DNA from: Bacteroidota bacterium
Lineage (GTDB): Bacteria; Bacteroidota; Ignavibacteria; UBA10030
DNA: 59,955 nt
Assembly: GCA_015661185.1 (NCBI GenBank)
Contig: JACVXU010000013.1
Location: forward strand, 1-59,955
Direction: 5' to 3'
Shown: piece by piece, positions 9,101 to 17,584 of the stretch
How the letters are laid out: each line of letters starts with the position of its first letter
Numbering within the stretch: the stretch's first letter is position 1
Program-made: the position numbers and the translations under genes
The notes under the pieces: generated by a model
What the model was told of the DNA's origin: nothing
Database searches by the model: none
Seen by the model: the letters and a program-made list of their open reading frames with translations, nothing else

Positions 9101-10054
9101 TTATCGGATGGCCGCGTCGGCCGGCATGCCCGATTTCAGTGCGCCTTCCTTGTTCTCGACTTCGAGCTTGACACCAAAGACAAGTTTCGTACGGTCCTCT
9201 TTGGTCTGAACATTCTTCGGCGTGAATTCTGCGATCGGGGAAATGTAGATGACCTTGCCTGGGAACCCTTTCTGAGGGAACGCGTCGATGTACACATCAG
9301 CGGACCCCCCGAGCTTCACTTTCCCCAATTCTGTCTCGTTCACGTAGATCATCAAATTCATTTTGTCGAGACGTGTGATCGTTGCGACAACGGAGCCCGT
9401 GCCGATAAGCTCACCTTGCTCGAAAGGTTTGTGAGTGACAGTGCCGGATACCGGGGCAACGATGATGGCATCGCTCAGCTGTTTCATCAGGAGATCGGCG
9501 GTTGCCTTGGCCTGGCTCGCTCGAGCTTTTGCCGCAGCAAGGTCTTCCGGCCTCGCGAACTTTCGCACCTTTCCCAAGTTCTGTTCTGCAGAATTCGATT
9601 GAGCCTTCGCGATCGTATAACGAGATTCGGCGTCGTCGTATTGCTTTTTCGTCACGGTATTGGTGCTGAGAAGCTGCTTCATACGCGCATAGTCATCCTG
9701 TGCGCTCTTGTATGATGCCTCTGCCTGGTGGAGAGACTCCTCCGCAAGTCGCAGATCCTCTGAGCGGGCGCCGTTCAACAAAAGCCTGTACTGGGCATCG
9801 ACGACCTCAAAGCCCGCGTGTGCCTGCTTCCACTGGAGCTCGAGTGTTGATCGGTCCAGGATGACGAGCGTGTCCCCCGTTCGCACCTCGCTCCCCTCCT
9901 GGACACGTATGGCTTCAATCTGGCCTGGCACTTTGGCGCTCACCTTCACCTCGGTCGCTTCCAATGTGCCGCTCGCCTCGATCGCGCCTTTGTTGTTATT
10001 GCCGCACCCCCAGAGCAGAATGCTCAGAGGCAGGATAATCGCTTTCGTATTCAT
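9101..10054 (-). CDS. HlyD-family periplasmic adaptor lipoprotein (YbhG-like)
   Basis: Lipobox LLWGCG, a biotinyl-lipoyl-like segment (VSAKVPGQIEAIRVQEGSEVRTGDTLVILD), a long coiled coil, and a beta-barrel C-terminus. Confidence 0.85.
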   Translation of the reverse strand: MNTKAIILPLSILLWGCGNNNKGAIEASGTLEATEVKVSAKVPGQIEAIRVQEGSEVRTGDTLVILDRSTLELQWKQAHAGFEVVDAQYRLLLNGARSEDLRLAEESLHQAEASYKSAQDDYARMKQLLSTNTVTKKQYDDAESRYTIAKAQSNSAEQNLGKVRKFARPEDLAAAKARASQAKATADLLMKQLSDAIIVAPVSGTVTHKPFEQGELIGTGSVVATITRLDKMNLMIYVNETELGKVKLGGSADVYIDAFPQKGFPGKVIYISPIAEFTPKNVQTKEDRTKLVFGVKLEVENKEGALKSGMPADAAIR

Positions 10055-10071
10055 GGCACCCTTCTTGTCAA

Positions 10072-10698
10072 CTAGTCAAATCCTGTTGGTTTGTCAAAGA
10101 CGTGGAATTCTTTTCTTGATGCGTCGGTCAAGGCTCCCTCGAAGAGAACCTTGAAAATACTCTGCGCCGCTTCCTGCGCTGAGAACGAGTGCTTCGTGAG
10201 GACTTCCGGGTTCATGACTCCTTGAATAGAGCTCACGAGCATTCGTATCAACACTTGTTCATTGACTTCAGCACGAAGAATATTTTCATTTCGTGCCTGA
10301 ACAATCATGGCAACCAATCGACTCACGATGTGTTCCTCGCGAAATTTGTCGAGCTCCTTCCAGATTGAGGGTGCAAAGCGTTGGATATCGATGAGCCCTT
10401 CCCTTCCAAACCTGTTGATGTACTTCCCCATCGTCATCATTGCAGTTGCCAGCTTTTCGGCAAAAGGCTTGTCTGAAGAAATGATGCGCTCCAGCTCCCA
10501 CCCAGCGGAGCGCATCGCAGCATGCAAGGAAGCTCGCAGAAGCTCTTCCTTGCTCGGATAAAACTTGTAAAGGGTTTTTTTACTGATGCCAAGATGCAAA
10601 GAGATTTCATCGAGCGTGACCTTGCTGAATCCTCGGGCGAGGAACTCATTGCGCGCATGCTCCAGAACTCTCTCCCGTAGATCAAGGTCGCTTGGCAT
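10072..10698 (-). CDS. TetR/AcrR-family transcriptional regulator
   Basis: N-terminal HTH FSKVTLDEISLHLGISKKTLYKFYPSKEEL. It is the first gene of the efflux operon. Confidence 0.9.
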   Translation of the reverse strand: MPSDLDLRERVLEHARNEFLARGFSKVTLDEISLHLGISKKTLYKFYPSKEELLRASLHAAMRSAGWELERIISSDKPFAEKLATAMMTMGKYINRFGREGLIDIQRFAPSIWKELDKFREEHIVSRLVAMIVQARNENILRAEVNEQVLIRMLVSSIQGVMNPEVLTKHSFSAQEAAQSIFKVLFEGALTDASRKEFHVFDKPTGFD

Positions 10699-10716
10699 CG
10701 TGTTGTTCAGCCTTAA

Positions 10717-10782
10717 AGATACTACAATGGTATCTATAGTTTCTAGCAGCCCATTATGCTATACATAGAAGGACATAATGGT
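10717..10782. promoter_or_regulatory. Inverted repeats upstream of the TetR gene (candidate operator/promoter region)
   Basis: AGATAC-N7-GTATCT at 10717-10735, and CCATTATG-N16-CATAATGG at 10751-10782. The arms are short and could arise by chance. Confidence 0.2.
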
Positions 10783-10790
10783 ATATACAA

Positions 10791-11006
10791 TTAGTGATGA
10801 CCGACACTATGTTGGTGTCTCTGGTATCTAATGTAGTATTCCTCTTTGATCTTGTCAAGCGAAATCTTGTATCGAGGGGGATGTCTGTCCAGATTCATCT
10901 CACTCTCAGGAACACCGCTCGTCCAAAAAGAATCAACCCACATTTCTTGGAGCCCCGGAAGCGCCGCGGTGAATCCCACCTCAAGAAACGCTTGAATTTG
11001 ACCCAC
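10791..11006 (-). CDS. Hypothetical small protein (71 aa)
   Basis: Open frame co-directional with its neighbours in an otherwise unexplained gap. I recognise no family and see no clear RBS. Confidence 0.25.
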   Translation of the reverse strand: MGQIQAFLEVGFTAALPGLQEMWVDSFWTSGVPESEMNLDRHPPRYKISLDKIKEEYYIRYQRHQHSVGHH

Positions 11007-11209
11007 TTGATTGTATTTGCGACAGCAGTCGCATCATGAGACATGAGTGGAACGCTGCAGGACCTCCCCTACTCCAACCCGGCGACGATGTGGTCGCTGG
11101 GTTTTCGGCTCATCGCCGATTAGACTAAATAGAGCCAGGGTTGGTGGTGTGAATTACGATGCAGAGCGGAGAACAATGCGGGTATAGAGTTATTCTGCGG
11201 GACGCAGTC

Positions 11210-11815
11210 TTATGGCTTCTTCGGCGCAAGTGCGTGGAGTGCTTTAATCCCCTCGCTACCAAGAACAAACTCAAACTCCCACGAACACACCTCAAGCACC
11301 GAGTGAGAACCTCCAGGGGTCAAGCTGCAGCATTCAGGGCGGTTTGTGAAGTCAGGGTCGTCGATCATCAGGACTCCGGAGTCGATGGTTACCGGAAACG
11401 CAAAGCAGAAGAATGGCTTCAGCGCGTCCTTGGGCAGACCCTCTTCCTCTGCGGCGGTTTGGAGTACGCACCGACCGTCACGCTTAAGGAAGACACAACC
11501 TCGTTCCGTCGTTTGCGTGCCAACCCCCCTACCTGACGGATAGTCACCATCAAGATCCTCCTCGCTATCGAACCACTGGCCGGAATCATGGACCTGGTCA
11601 GGCTCCATATGCCGATGCACGAGGTCAGCGTGTCGAAGGATGTTGTCCCGCTCCTCGACATCCAACATCACTCCCCCCTGACAACACGAAGCGTCGCAGT
11701 TTTGCATGGAACAGCCGTGGATGAATGTTGCTTCGAAAATGGCAGGATCGACTTTGAGGACCGGAATATGTGTCAGTTTGTGGTTTCTGAGTTCCAGGTA
11801 TTGTCGATCTGTCAT
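11210..11815 (-). CDS. Cys-rich DUF3109-like protein
   Basis: 201 aa. Motifs GCSMQNCDASCCQGGVMLDVEE, then CVFL..DGRCVLQ and KPFFCFAFP, resembling the DUF3109 family. Confidence 0.5.
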   Translation of the reverse strand: MTDRQYLELRNHKLTHIPVLKVDPAIFEATFIHGCSMQNCDASCCQGGVMLDVEERDNILRHADLVHRHMEPDQVHDSGQWFDSEEDLDGDYPSGRGVGTQTTERGCVFLKRDGRCVLQTAAEEEGLPKDALKPFFCFAFPVTIDSGVLMIDDPDFTNRPECCSLTPGGSHSVLEVCSWEFEFVLGSEGIKALHALAPKKP

Positions 11816-11883
11816 GAAGCCTCGGATGAAGGTTTCTGTGGATGTGCTTTCGATTCGATTGGGTTTGTTGCAGTGCGGTGCGG

Positions 11884-14493
11884 CTACTTTTGTTCTATCT
11901 GTTTCTTCAAGTCAGCAAGTTTTTGTAGCGCGTCCATCGGAGTCATGTTTTCAACATCGAGCTTGCGAATATCTTCCCGAAGCCGGTCGTCTTTCACCTC
12001 GAACAACGTCATCTGAATGTCGGGGGGAGGGATCCGGCCCTTGAGTTGCCTGCCGCTCGAGTACACATTGAGCTCTGATTCCTCAAGGTTCTTCAGGATT
12101 TTCTTCGCCCTCTCCGTGACCTCCTCGGGTAGACCTGCCATTTGTGCGACCTGAATTCCGTACGAGTGATCGGCAAAACCGGGCAGAACTTTATGTAGAA
12201 AGATCACTTTGTCGCTATATTCCCGCACATCGACTTTGTAGTTCTTGATCCGCGGGAAAAGGTCTGCCAGCTCATTCAGTTCGTGGTAATGGGTGGCAAA
12301 AAGAGTCTTCGCGCCAATACGAGAGTGAAGATACTCGGTCAGCGCCCAAGCTATGCTGATCCCATCAAACGTGCTCGTTCCGCGGCCCACTTCATCGAGC
12401 AGGATCAGGCTTCGGTTTGTCGATGTGTTAACGATCGTTGCTGCTTCATGCATCTCAACCAGGAACGTGCTCTCTCCGGAAGCGATATTGTCGCTCGCAC
12501 CTACGCGGGTGTAGATCCGGTCTACAAGTCCAATTCGTGCCTCCGCAGCTGGGACGAAACTTCCGACCTGAGTCAGGAGGACGATCAATCCTACCTGACG
12601 CAGATAGCTCGATTTGCCGCTCATGTTCGGCCCAGTGATGATCAGGATCTGGTCCGATTCCGTGTCCATCAATGTGCTATTCGCAGTGTAACGTTCGCCC
12701 GGCGGCAGTAACCGCTCGATGACCGGATGTCGCCCATCCTTGATCTCAAGCCGCGTGGAATTGTCGACATCCGGACAGATGTAATTGCTCTCGACAGCCA
12801 CATCGGCAAGCGACACAAAGCAGTCATACGTTGCAAGAATCCGAGCGTTTTCCAGGATGTCGGCTGAATACTCAGCGATTGCAACGCGCACTTCATTGAA
12901 AATCCGGGTTTCGAGGGCCAGGATCTTTTCTTCGGCGTGAAGGACCTTTTCCTCATACTCCTTCAGTTCGGGCGTGACGTAGCGTTCGGCATTTGTCAGC
13001 GTCTGCTTCCTGATGTAGTCACCCGGCACCTTGTCCTTGTGCGTGTTCGTGATCTCGATGTAGTATCCGAACACATTGTTGTAGCCGACTTTGAGCGACG
13101 GAATTCCGGTACGCTGACGCTCCTGTGCCTGGAGCTTCGCGATCCAGTCTTTTCCACTGAACGCCACTGTCCGCAGATCGTCCAGCTCCTGATTGTAACC
13201 CTTCCTGATGACTCCCCCCTCAACCATGGAAAGGGGTGGATCATCTTCGATCGCGTCGTGGAGCAGTTTGACCAGCTGATCGAGCGTGTTCAACCGCCCG
13301 TGCATCTCCTTGAGCGTCGTCGCATTCAAAACACAAACATGGGTCTTCACTGACGGGATGAAGGAGAGTGAACGCTCGAGCTGCTTCAATTCTCTCGGAT
13401 TCGCCCTTCCCGTGGCAATCCTCGCCACAAGTCGTTCGAGATCACCAACCTGCCCCAACACTTCGCGAAGATCGCGCCTTGCTGTATCGTTTCCGAAAAA
13501 CTCCTTCACCGCGTCCAACCGCTGTTGGATGGGGTCAAGTTTCTTCAGCGGACGATTGACCCATGCTTTGAGCATTCGCCCCCCCATCGCGGTCTGCGTC
13601 CGATCAAGGACGGCAAACAACGTACCATCCGATTGGCCCGACAACGAAGCCGTGATCTCGAGGTTCCGTTTCGTCGAAGCATCCAGTACCATGTAGTCGC
13701 TGGTATCAAAGGGAGTAACCCTCTTGATGTGCGGGAGATTGGCTTTCTGTGTTTCTTGCAGATAGTGCATTACTGCACCGGAAGCAACGATTCCGGTCTT
13801 CAGATGCTCGACGCCGAAACCCTTGAGAGACTGCGTCTTGAAATGATTGACGAGGATCTCGTAGCAATAGTCGCCGTTGAAGACCCAATCATCGACTTTG
13901 GTGTAGAGCCCCCGGAATTTTTCTCGCAGGAGGCTCCCTACGGTCTCAAGATCGCGTTTCTGGACGAGAAGCTCGGAGGGTTGCAGGACATGAATCTGGT
14001 CGGGCAGATTCCTGAGGGGGAACTCCGTTACCCCGAACTCTGCAGTCGACACGTCGATAAACGCGAAGCCGATCATCTCGTCTCCCTGCGTGAGTGGTGA
14101 CGGGAGGGCGACGGCGGCCAGGTAGTTGTTCTGTTTCTGCTGAAGAACCTTGTCTGAAAACGCGACGCCGGGGGTCACTACCTCGATGACATCGCGCTTT
14201 ACAATTCCCACCGCGAACTTAGGATCTTCCAGCTGCTCGCAAATCGCAACCCTGTGACCGGCCTTCACGAGTCTCGGGAGGTACGTGTCGAGGGCGTGAT
14301 GAGGGAAACCGGCAAGAGGCACCTCCCCGGCGGCGCCGCTCCCGCGCTTGGTGAGCGTTATACCCAGCACCTTCGCAGCTGTCTTCGCATCTTCTTCAAA
14401 GGTCTCGTAGAAATCACCCATTCGAAACAAGAGAATAGTGTCAGGGTGCTTCGCCTTGACCTGTTGATATTGTTTCATCAAAGGGGTGGACAT
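11884..14493 (-). CDS. mutS: DNA mismatch repair protein MutS
   Basis: 869 aa. N-terminus TPLMKQYQQVKAKHPDTILLFRMGDFYETF, Walker A GPNMSGKSSYLRQ, DEVGRGTSTFDG, FATHYHEL. Confidence 0.97.
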   Translation of the reverse strand: MSTPLMKQYQQVKAKHPDTILLFRMGDFYETFEEDAKTAAKVLGITLTKRGSGAAGEVPLAGFPHHALDTYLPRLVKAGHRVAICEQLEDPKFAVGIVKRDVIEVVTPGVAFSDKVLQQKQNNYLAAVALPSPLTQGDEMIGFAFIDVSTAEFGVTEFPLRNLPDQIHVLQPSELLVQKRDLETVGSLLREKFRGLYTKVDDWVFNGDYCYEILVNHFKTQSLKGFGVEHLKTGIVASGAVMHYLQETQKANLPHIKRVTPFDTSDYMVLDASTKRNLEITASLSGQSDGTLFAVLDRTQTAMGGRMLKAWVNRPLKKLDPIQQRLDAVKEFFGNDTARRDLREVLGQVGDLERLVARIATGRANPRELKQLERSLSFIPSVKTHVCVLNATTLKEMHGRLNTLDQLVKLLHDAIEDDPPLSMVEGGVIRKGYNQELDDLRTVAFSGKDWIAKLQAQERQRTGIPSLKVGYNNVFGYYIEITNTHKDKVPGDYIRKQTLTNAERYVTPELKEYEEKVLHAEEKILALETRIFNEVRVAIAEYSADILENARILATYDCFVSLADVAVESNYICPDVDNSTRLEIKDGRHPVIERLLPPGERYTANSTLMDTESDQILIITGPNMSGKSSYLRQVGLIVLLTQVGSFVPAAEARIGLVDRIYTRVGASDNIASGESTFLVEMHEAATIVNTSTNRSLILLDEVGRGTSTFDGISIAWALTEYLHSRIGAKTLFATHYHELNELADLFPRIKNYKVDVREYSDKVIFLHKVLPGFADHSYGIQVAQMAGLPEEVTERAKKILKNLEESELNVYSSGRQLKGRIPPPDIQMTLFEVKDDRLREDIRKLDVENMTPMDALQKLADLKKQIEQK

Positions 14494-14520
14494 GTCCGAT
14501 TTCGGGAAAGAGAGGAATCA

Positions 14521-14718
14521 CTACCCCTCAAACTCCGCCTCTATAGAGATTTCGCCGCTCAGCTCGTCAGCCCTAACACGCAGAACATTCGGCCGGCAAC
14601 AGACTGCACAGTCTTCCACGTACGATTGTCGGGAACCTGCCAAAAGATCGACAAAAGTCTCATTTTCTTGGCCACAAACGGCACAGCGATACGTGCCGGA
14701 ACGCTCCTCGTTCATCAT
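14521..14718 (-). CDS. CPXCG-motif cysteine-rich mini-protein
   Basis: YRCAVCGQENETFVDLLAGSRQSYVEDCAVCCRPN matches the CPxCG...YVEDCxVCCRP family pattern. I prefer the ATGATG start at 14718 over the longer track ORF. Lies 27 nt upstream of mutS. Confidence 0.65.
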   Translation of the reverse strand: MMNEERSGTYRCAVCGQENETFVDLLAGSRQSYVEDCAVCCRPNVLRVRADELSGEISIEAEFEG

Positions 14719-14850
14719 TCGTTCAAAAGATACAGAAACTTCGAGACCGAGACAACCGCCATTATTGGCATTTCGGGTTTTCGTCAATGTTGTAATTTCA
14801 TCAAACTTTCGGTAGGTTCTGCGCACACTTACTGCGGGAAGATCTTGTCA

Positions 14851-15729
14851 ATGGGATTCTATCCTCAACCCAATCTGTGGCAATGCGGACCGTTTGCCCT
14901 GAAGCATGCCCTTGTTATGCTTGGCATACTGGCTGATGAAAACAAGATCACCGAAATTGCCGGCACTCGCTGGTGGTACGGTTCCGATGAATTCCAGCTT
15001 GCCAAAGCAGCGCATCGTTTCGACTGTGACCTCAGGTTCATCCGGCGCTTCGAACCGGAGAAGGCCCGCCAGGAGCTCATATCATATCTCCGCCGCGGAA
15101 TTCCGGTTTTGCTGTGCGTGCAGGAATGGAGTCACTGGGTAACGGCCGTCAAGGAAGAAAAAGGAAAGTTCATCATTCTTGATAGCGAGAAGAAAGAGGT
15201 TCTCTCGATTCTCTCCTGGCGCGACCTGAGGGAAACATGGATTCATCGCGAACGGGACGACCGTGACAAGACAGCCATTCAGACGATTCTTGATTTTCAT
15301 CCAGTCATTCCACGCTTTCGGGTCAGAACGAAGGCACGGTTTTCCGTTGCAAGGGCGCGATACCTTCTCAAACCGAGCAACCGTGGTTTCTCCAGATTGT
15401 GGAATGAGTATCTGGGTGATCTTCTCAACCTCTGCAGACCACACACGCCACGTAGCCAGAACTTCATCTCGCTTGGGGAATTCCTGCGCCGACATGAAGC
15501 GATGATCGTCGACCAAGTTGACCTCTGGCATGGCTGGATCGAGAGATCGCAGGCGAAGCGCATTCTCAACCATCTGCATTTCGTTGCTGACACCTATGGA
15601 CTGGTACTTCCGAGCCAGGACGAAAAGCGTGGCATCGCAGGCATCACGGCGATCCTAACGCTCTGGGCAGCCAGCGAGTATGGCGTACTTCCGGTGTACC
15701 AGGCTCCGCCCAAGATGAAACGGCGCTAG
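14851..15729 (+). CDS. Hypothetical protein with an N-terminal C39-like (papain-fold) cysteine peptidase domain and an unknown C-terminal domain
   Basis: From ATG 14851: NLWQCGPFALKHALVMLG (candidate catalytic Cys), then WSHWVTAV (His) and FIILDS, the spacing typical of Peptidase_C39-like domains. The C-terminal ~170 aa are unrecognised. The first 597 nt of track ORF 14254-15729 are antisense to mutS and the CPXCG gene. Confidence 0.55.
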   Translation: MGFYPQPNLWQCGPFALKHALVMLGILADENKITEIAGTRWWYGSDEFQLAKAAHRFDCDLRFIRRFEPEKARQELISYLRRGIPVLLCVQEWSHWVTAVKEEKGKFIILDSEKKEVLSILSWRDLRETWIHRERDDRDKTAIQTILDFHPVIPRFRVRTKARFSVARARYLLKPSNRGFSRLWNEYLGDLLNLCRPHTPRSQNFISLGEFLRRHEAMIVDQVDLWHGWIERSQAKRILNHLHFVADTYGLVLPSQDEKRGIAGITAILTLWAASEYGVLPVYQAPPKMKRR

Positions 15730-15909
15730 CCGATCCAATATCGCACACACCGTACGCCACCACCGATACTCCAGCTTCTTTCAATTTGGCCTTGATCTTG
15801 GCCATGAGTTCCTCATTCATGGAATGATCAAACTTCCAAGTTCAAGGCCAAACCGGAATAGTCTCTTTTTCCCTTGCAGACGCTCTGGATCGTCGGTATC
15901 TTGCTCCCA

Positions 15910-16650
15910 ATGCTACTTTCGATCATCATACCGGCCTTCGATGAGGAGAAAAAACTTTCGCTCGACATGCAAGCTGCTGCAACATTTCTCTCGAGAAATC
16001 AGATAACAGGAGAAGTAATCATTGTCGACGATGGAAGCTCTGATCGAACAGCTGCGCTCGCTCAGGAGGCGTCCCTCTCTCCGGGTATTCCACGAATCGT
16101 CATTCAAAACCGCCCTCATCGGGGAAAAGGACATGCCATTCGAACCGGCATCCTGGCTTCCCATGGTGAGTATGTGATGTTCGCCGACAGTGGATTGACG
16201 ATCCCCTTTGAGCACATATTGAAGGGATTGCGATTACTTCAACAAGGTGCATGTGATCTGGCCCTTGGATCGAGAAGACTCCCCGGAAGCATCATCCGGA
16301 GAGAACAAGATTGGGATCGGAAAATCATTTCGCACCTTTTTCACAACTTGATGGTTCGATGGATGCATGTTCCTTCTCATCTTACCGACACACAATGTGG
16401 GTTCAAAATCTATCGGGGAGAACTCGCACGAACACTGTATGCCGAGTGCATCACGGAAGGGTTTATGTTCGACATCGAAATCATTCTCCGTGCAGGGAAC
16501 CACGGATATCGGATTATGGAATTCCCTGTCGAATGGACATGTGATCGAGATAGCCGGATCAGCGTCCGGCGAAGTACCCATCAGATCCTGAAAGAGATTC
16601 TGCTGATCCGTCGAGTTCTCTTCAAGTCGAAATCCCGGGACCACACCTAA
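15910..16650 (+). CDS. Family 2 glycosyltransferase (polyprenol-phosphate sugar synthase-like)
   Basis: MLLSIIIPAFDEE..., VIIVDDGSSDRTA, FADSGL, DTQCGFK. These are the GT2 / dolichyl-phosphate glucosyl- or mannosyltransferase-like motifs. ATG at 15910 preferred over the TTG at 15874. Confidence 0.85.
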   Translation: MLLSIIIPAFDEEKKLSLDMQAAATFLSRNQITGEVIIVDDGSSDRTAALAQEASLSPGIPRIVIQNRPHRGKGHAIRTGILASHGEYVMFADSGLTIPFEHILKGLRLLQQGACDLALGSRRLPGSIIRREQDWDRKIISHLFHNLMVRWMHVPSHLTDTQCGFKIYRGELARTLYAECITEGFMFDIEIILRAGNHGYRIMEFPVEWTCDRDSRISVRRSTHQILKEILLIRRVLFKSKSRDHT

Positions 16651-17584
16651 GAACCGATGCAGGTTTCCCTTCCTCCCCCTCCTCAAACACAATAGCCCAC
16701 ATCTTCTCCTGACTCGAAATGTATCTCTGGATCTCTGTCGGGGTCATCACCATACATGCTGTCGAGATCGCATCGCTTTTTGCAGCTGCGTCTGAACAAA
16801 CCCAGGCAGCCCGCAGCCGGTCCACAGGTTCACCGGTTCGCGGGTCCGCGATGTGTAACCATTTTCTTGTCCCCGACCCGCCAAGGCCTTGGTCCTTCAG
16901 AATAACTTTCTGAATTACCTCCGTGAATTCTCCCGGGGAACTCAAGGTTGTTGACCATCCCCTCTCGCCAGCATGATCGCCGAATGCAAAGGCAGAGCTC
17001 ATTCCACCATGCACAAGTGCCGAACTCACTCCCCATTCCTTCAGTAGTTCCACTCCCCGATCAACGGCATATCCTTTTCCAATTGCACCCAGATCGACAA
17101 GTGGTACGAAGTCACCGACACCAACCGACAGACTCGCCTCGTCCAACTCGAGCAGATGCATTCCGCTCTGTTCCTTTGCACGCTCACGTTCACCGGAGGA
17201 ACCAGCAACACTCGTTCTCCCCTTCCAACCATCCACCATTCTTCCAATCGCAACATCGAACGCTCCCTCAGTCTCTTTCCAATACTCCAAGCTGAGTGAG
17301 AGACATTGAAATGCATCGAAACTGACACGGATCTTCCCATGCGGGGGCAGATTATTGATCCTTGCAATGTCGCTGTTCGGGAGATACCTGCTGAGCTCTA
17401 GTTCGAGTCGATCAATCTCCTGAAACGCAGCAAATGCTGCGCTGTGTGAAAAGTGAAGATCTTCATCCGCGATTAGGATTTCAAAGATCGTTGCCATCGC
17501 CCGGTGTTCAAACCGATGGATATTCTCTTTCCTTGTATCTATCGTATCAGTCACTTTGAAGGATCCTTTTGGATCTTTTCCCAA
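16622..17584 (-). CDS. apbE: FAD:protein FMN transferase (ApbE family)
   Basis: HRAMATIFEI (the MGT-type motif region), DLGAIGKGYAVDRGVELL, and the general ApbE layout. No N-terminal signal peptide is visible. Confidence 0.8.
   Translation of the reverse strand: MGKDPKGSFKVTDTIDTRKENIHRFEHRAMATIFEILIADEDLHFSHSAAFAAFQEIDRLELELSRYLPNSDIARINNLPPHGKIRVSFDAFQCLSLSLEYWKETEGAFDVAIGRMVDGWKGRTSVAGSSGERERAKEQSGMHLLELDEASLSVGVGDFVPLVDLGAIGKGYAVDRGVELLKEWGVSSALVHGGMSSAFAFGDHAGERGWSTTLSSPGEFTEVIQKVILKDQGLGGSGTRKWLHIADPRTGEPVDRLRAAWVCSDAAAKSDAISTACMVMTPTEIQRYISSQEKMWAIVFEEGEEGKPASVLRCGPGIST

Noticed and set aside
14254-14850. 5' part of the 491-aa plus-strand ORF 14254-15729
   Set aside because: This part is antisense to the well-supported mutS N-terminus and the CPXCG gene and has no recognisable protein features. 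The real gene most likely starts at ATG 14851.
15644-15820. 58-aa minus-strand ORF beginning MNEELMAKIKAKLKEAGVSVVAYGV, possibly a remnant of a sugar-isomerase-like gene
   Set aside because: Only about 30 residues lie outside the C39-like gene, and the resemblance is too short and vague to support a call.
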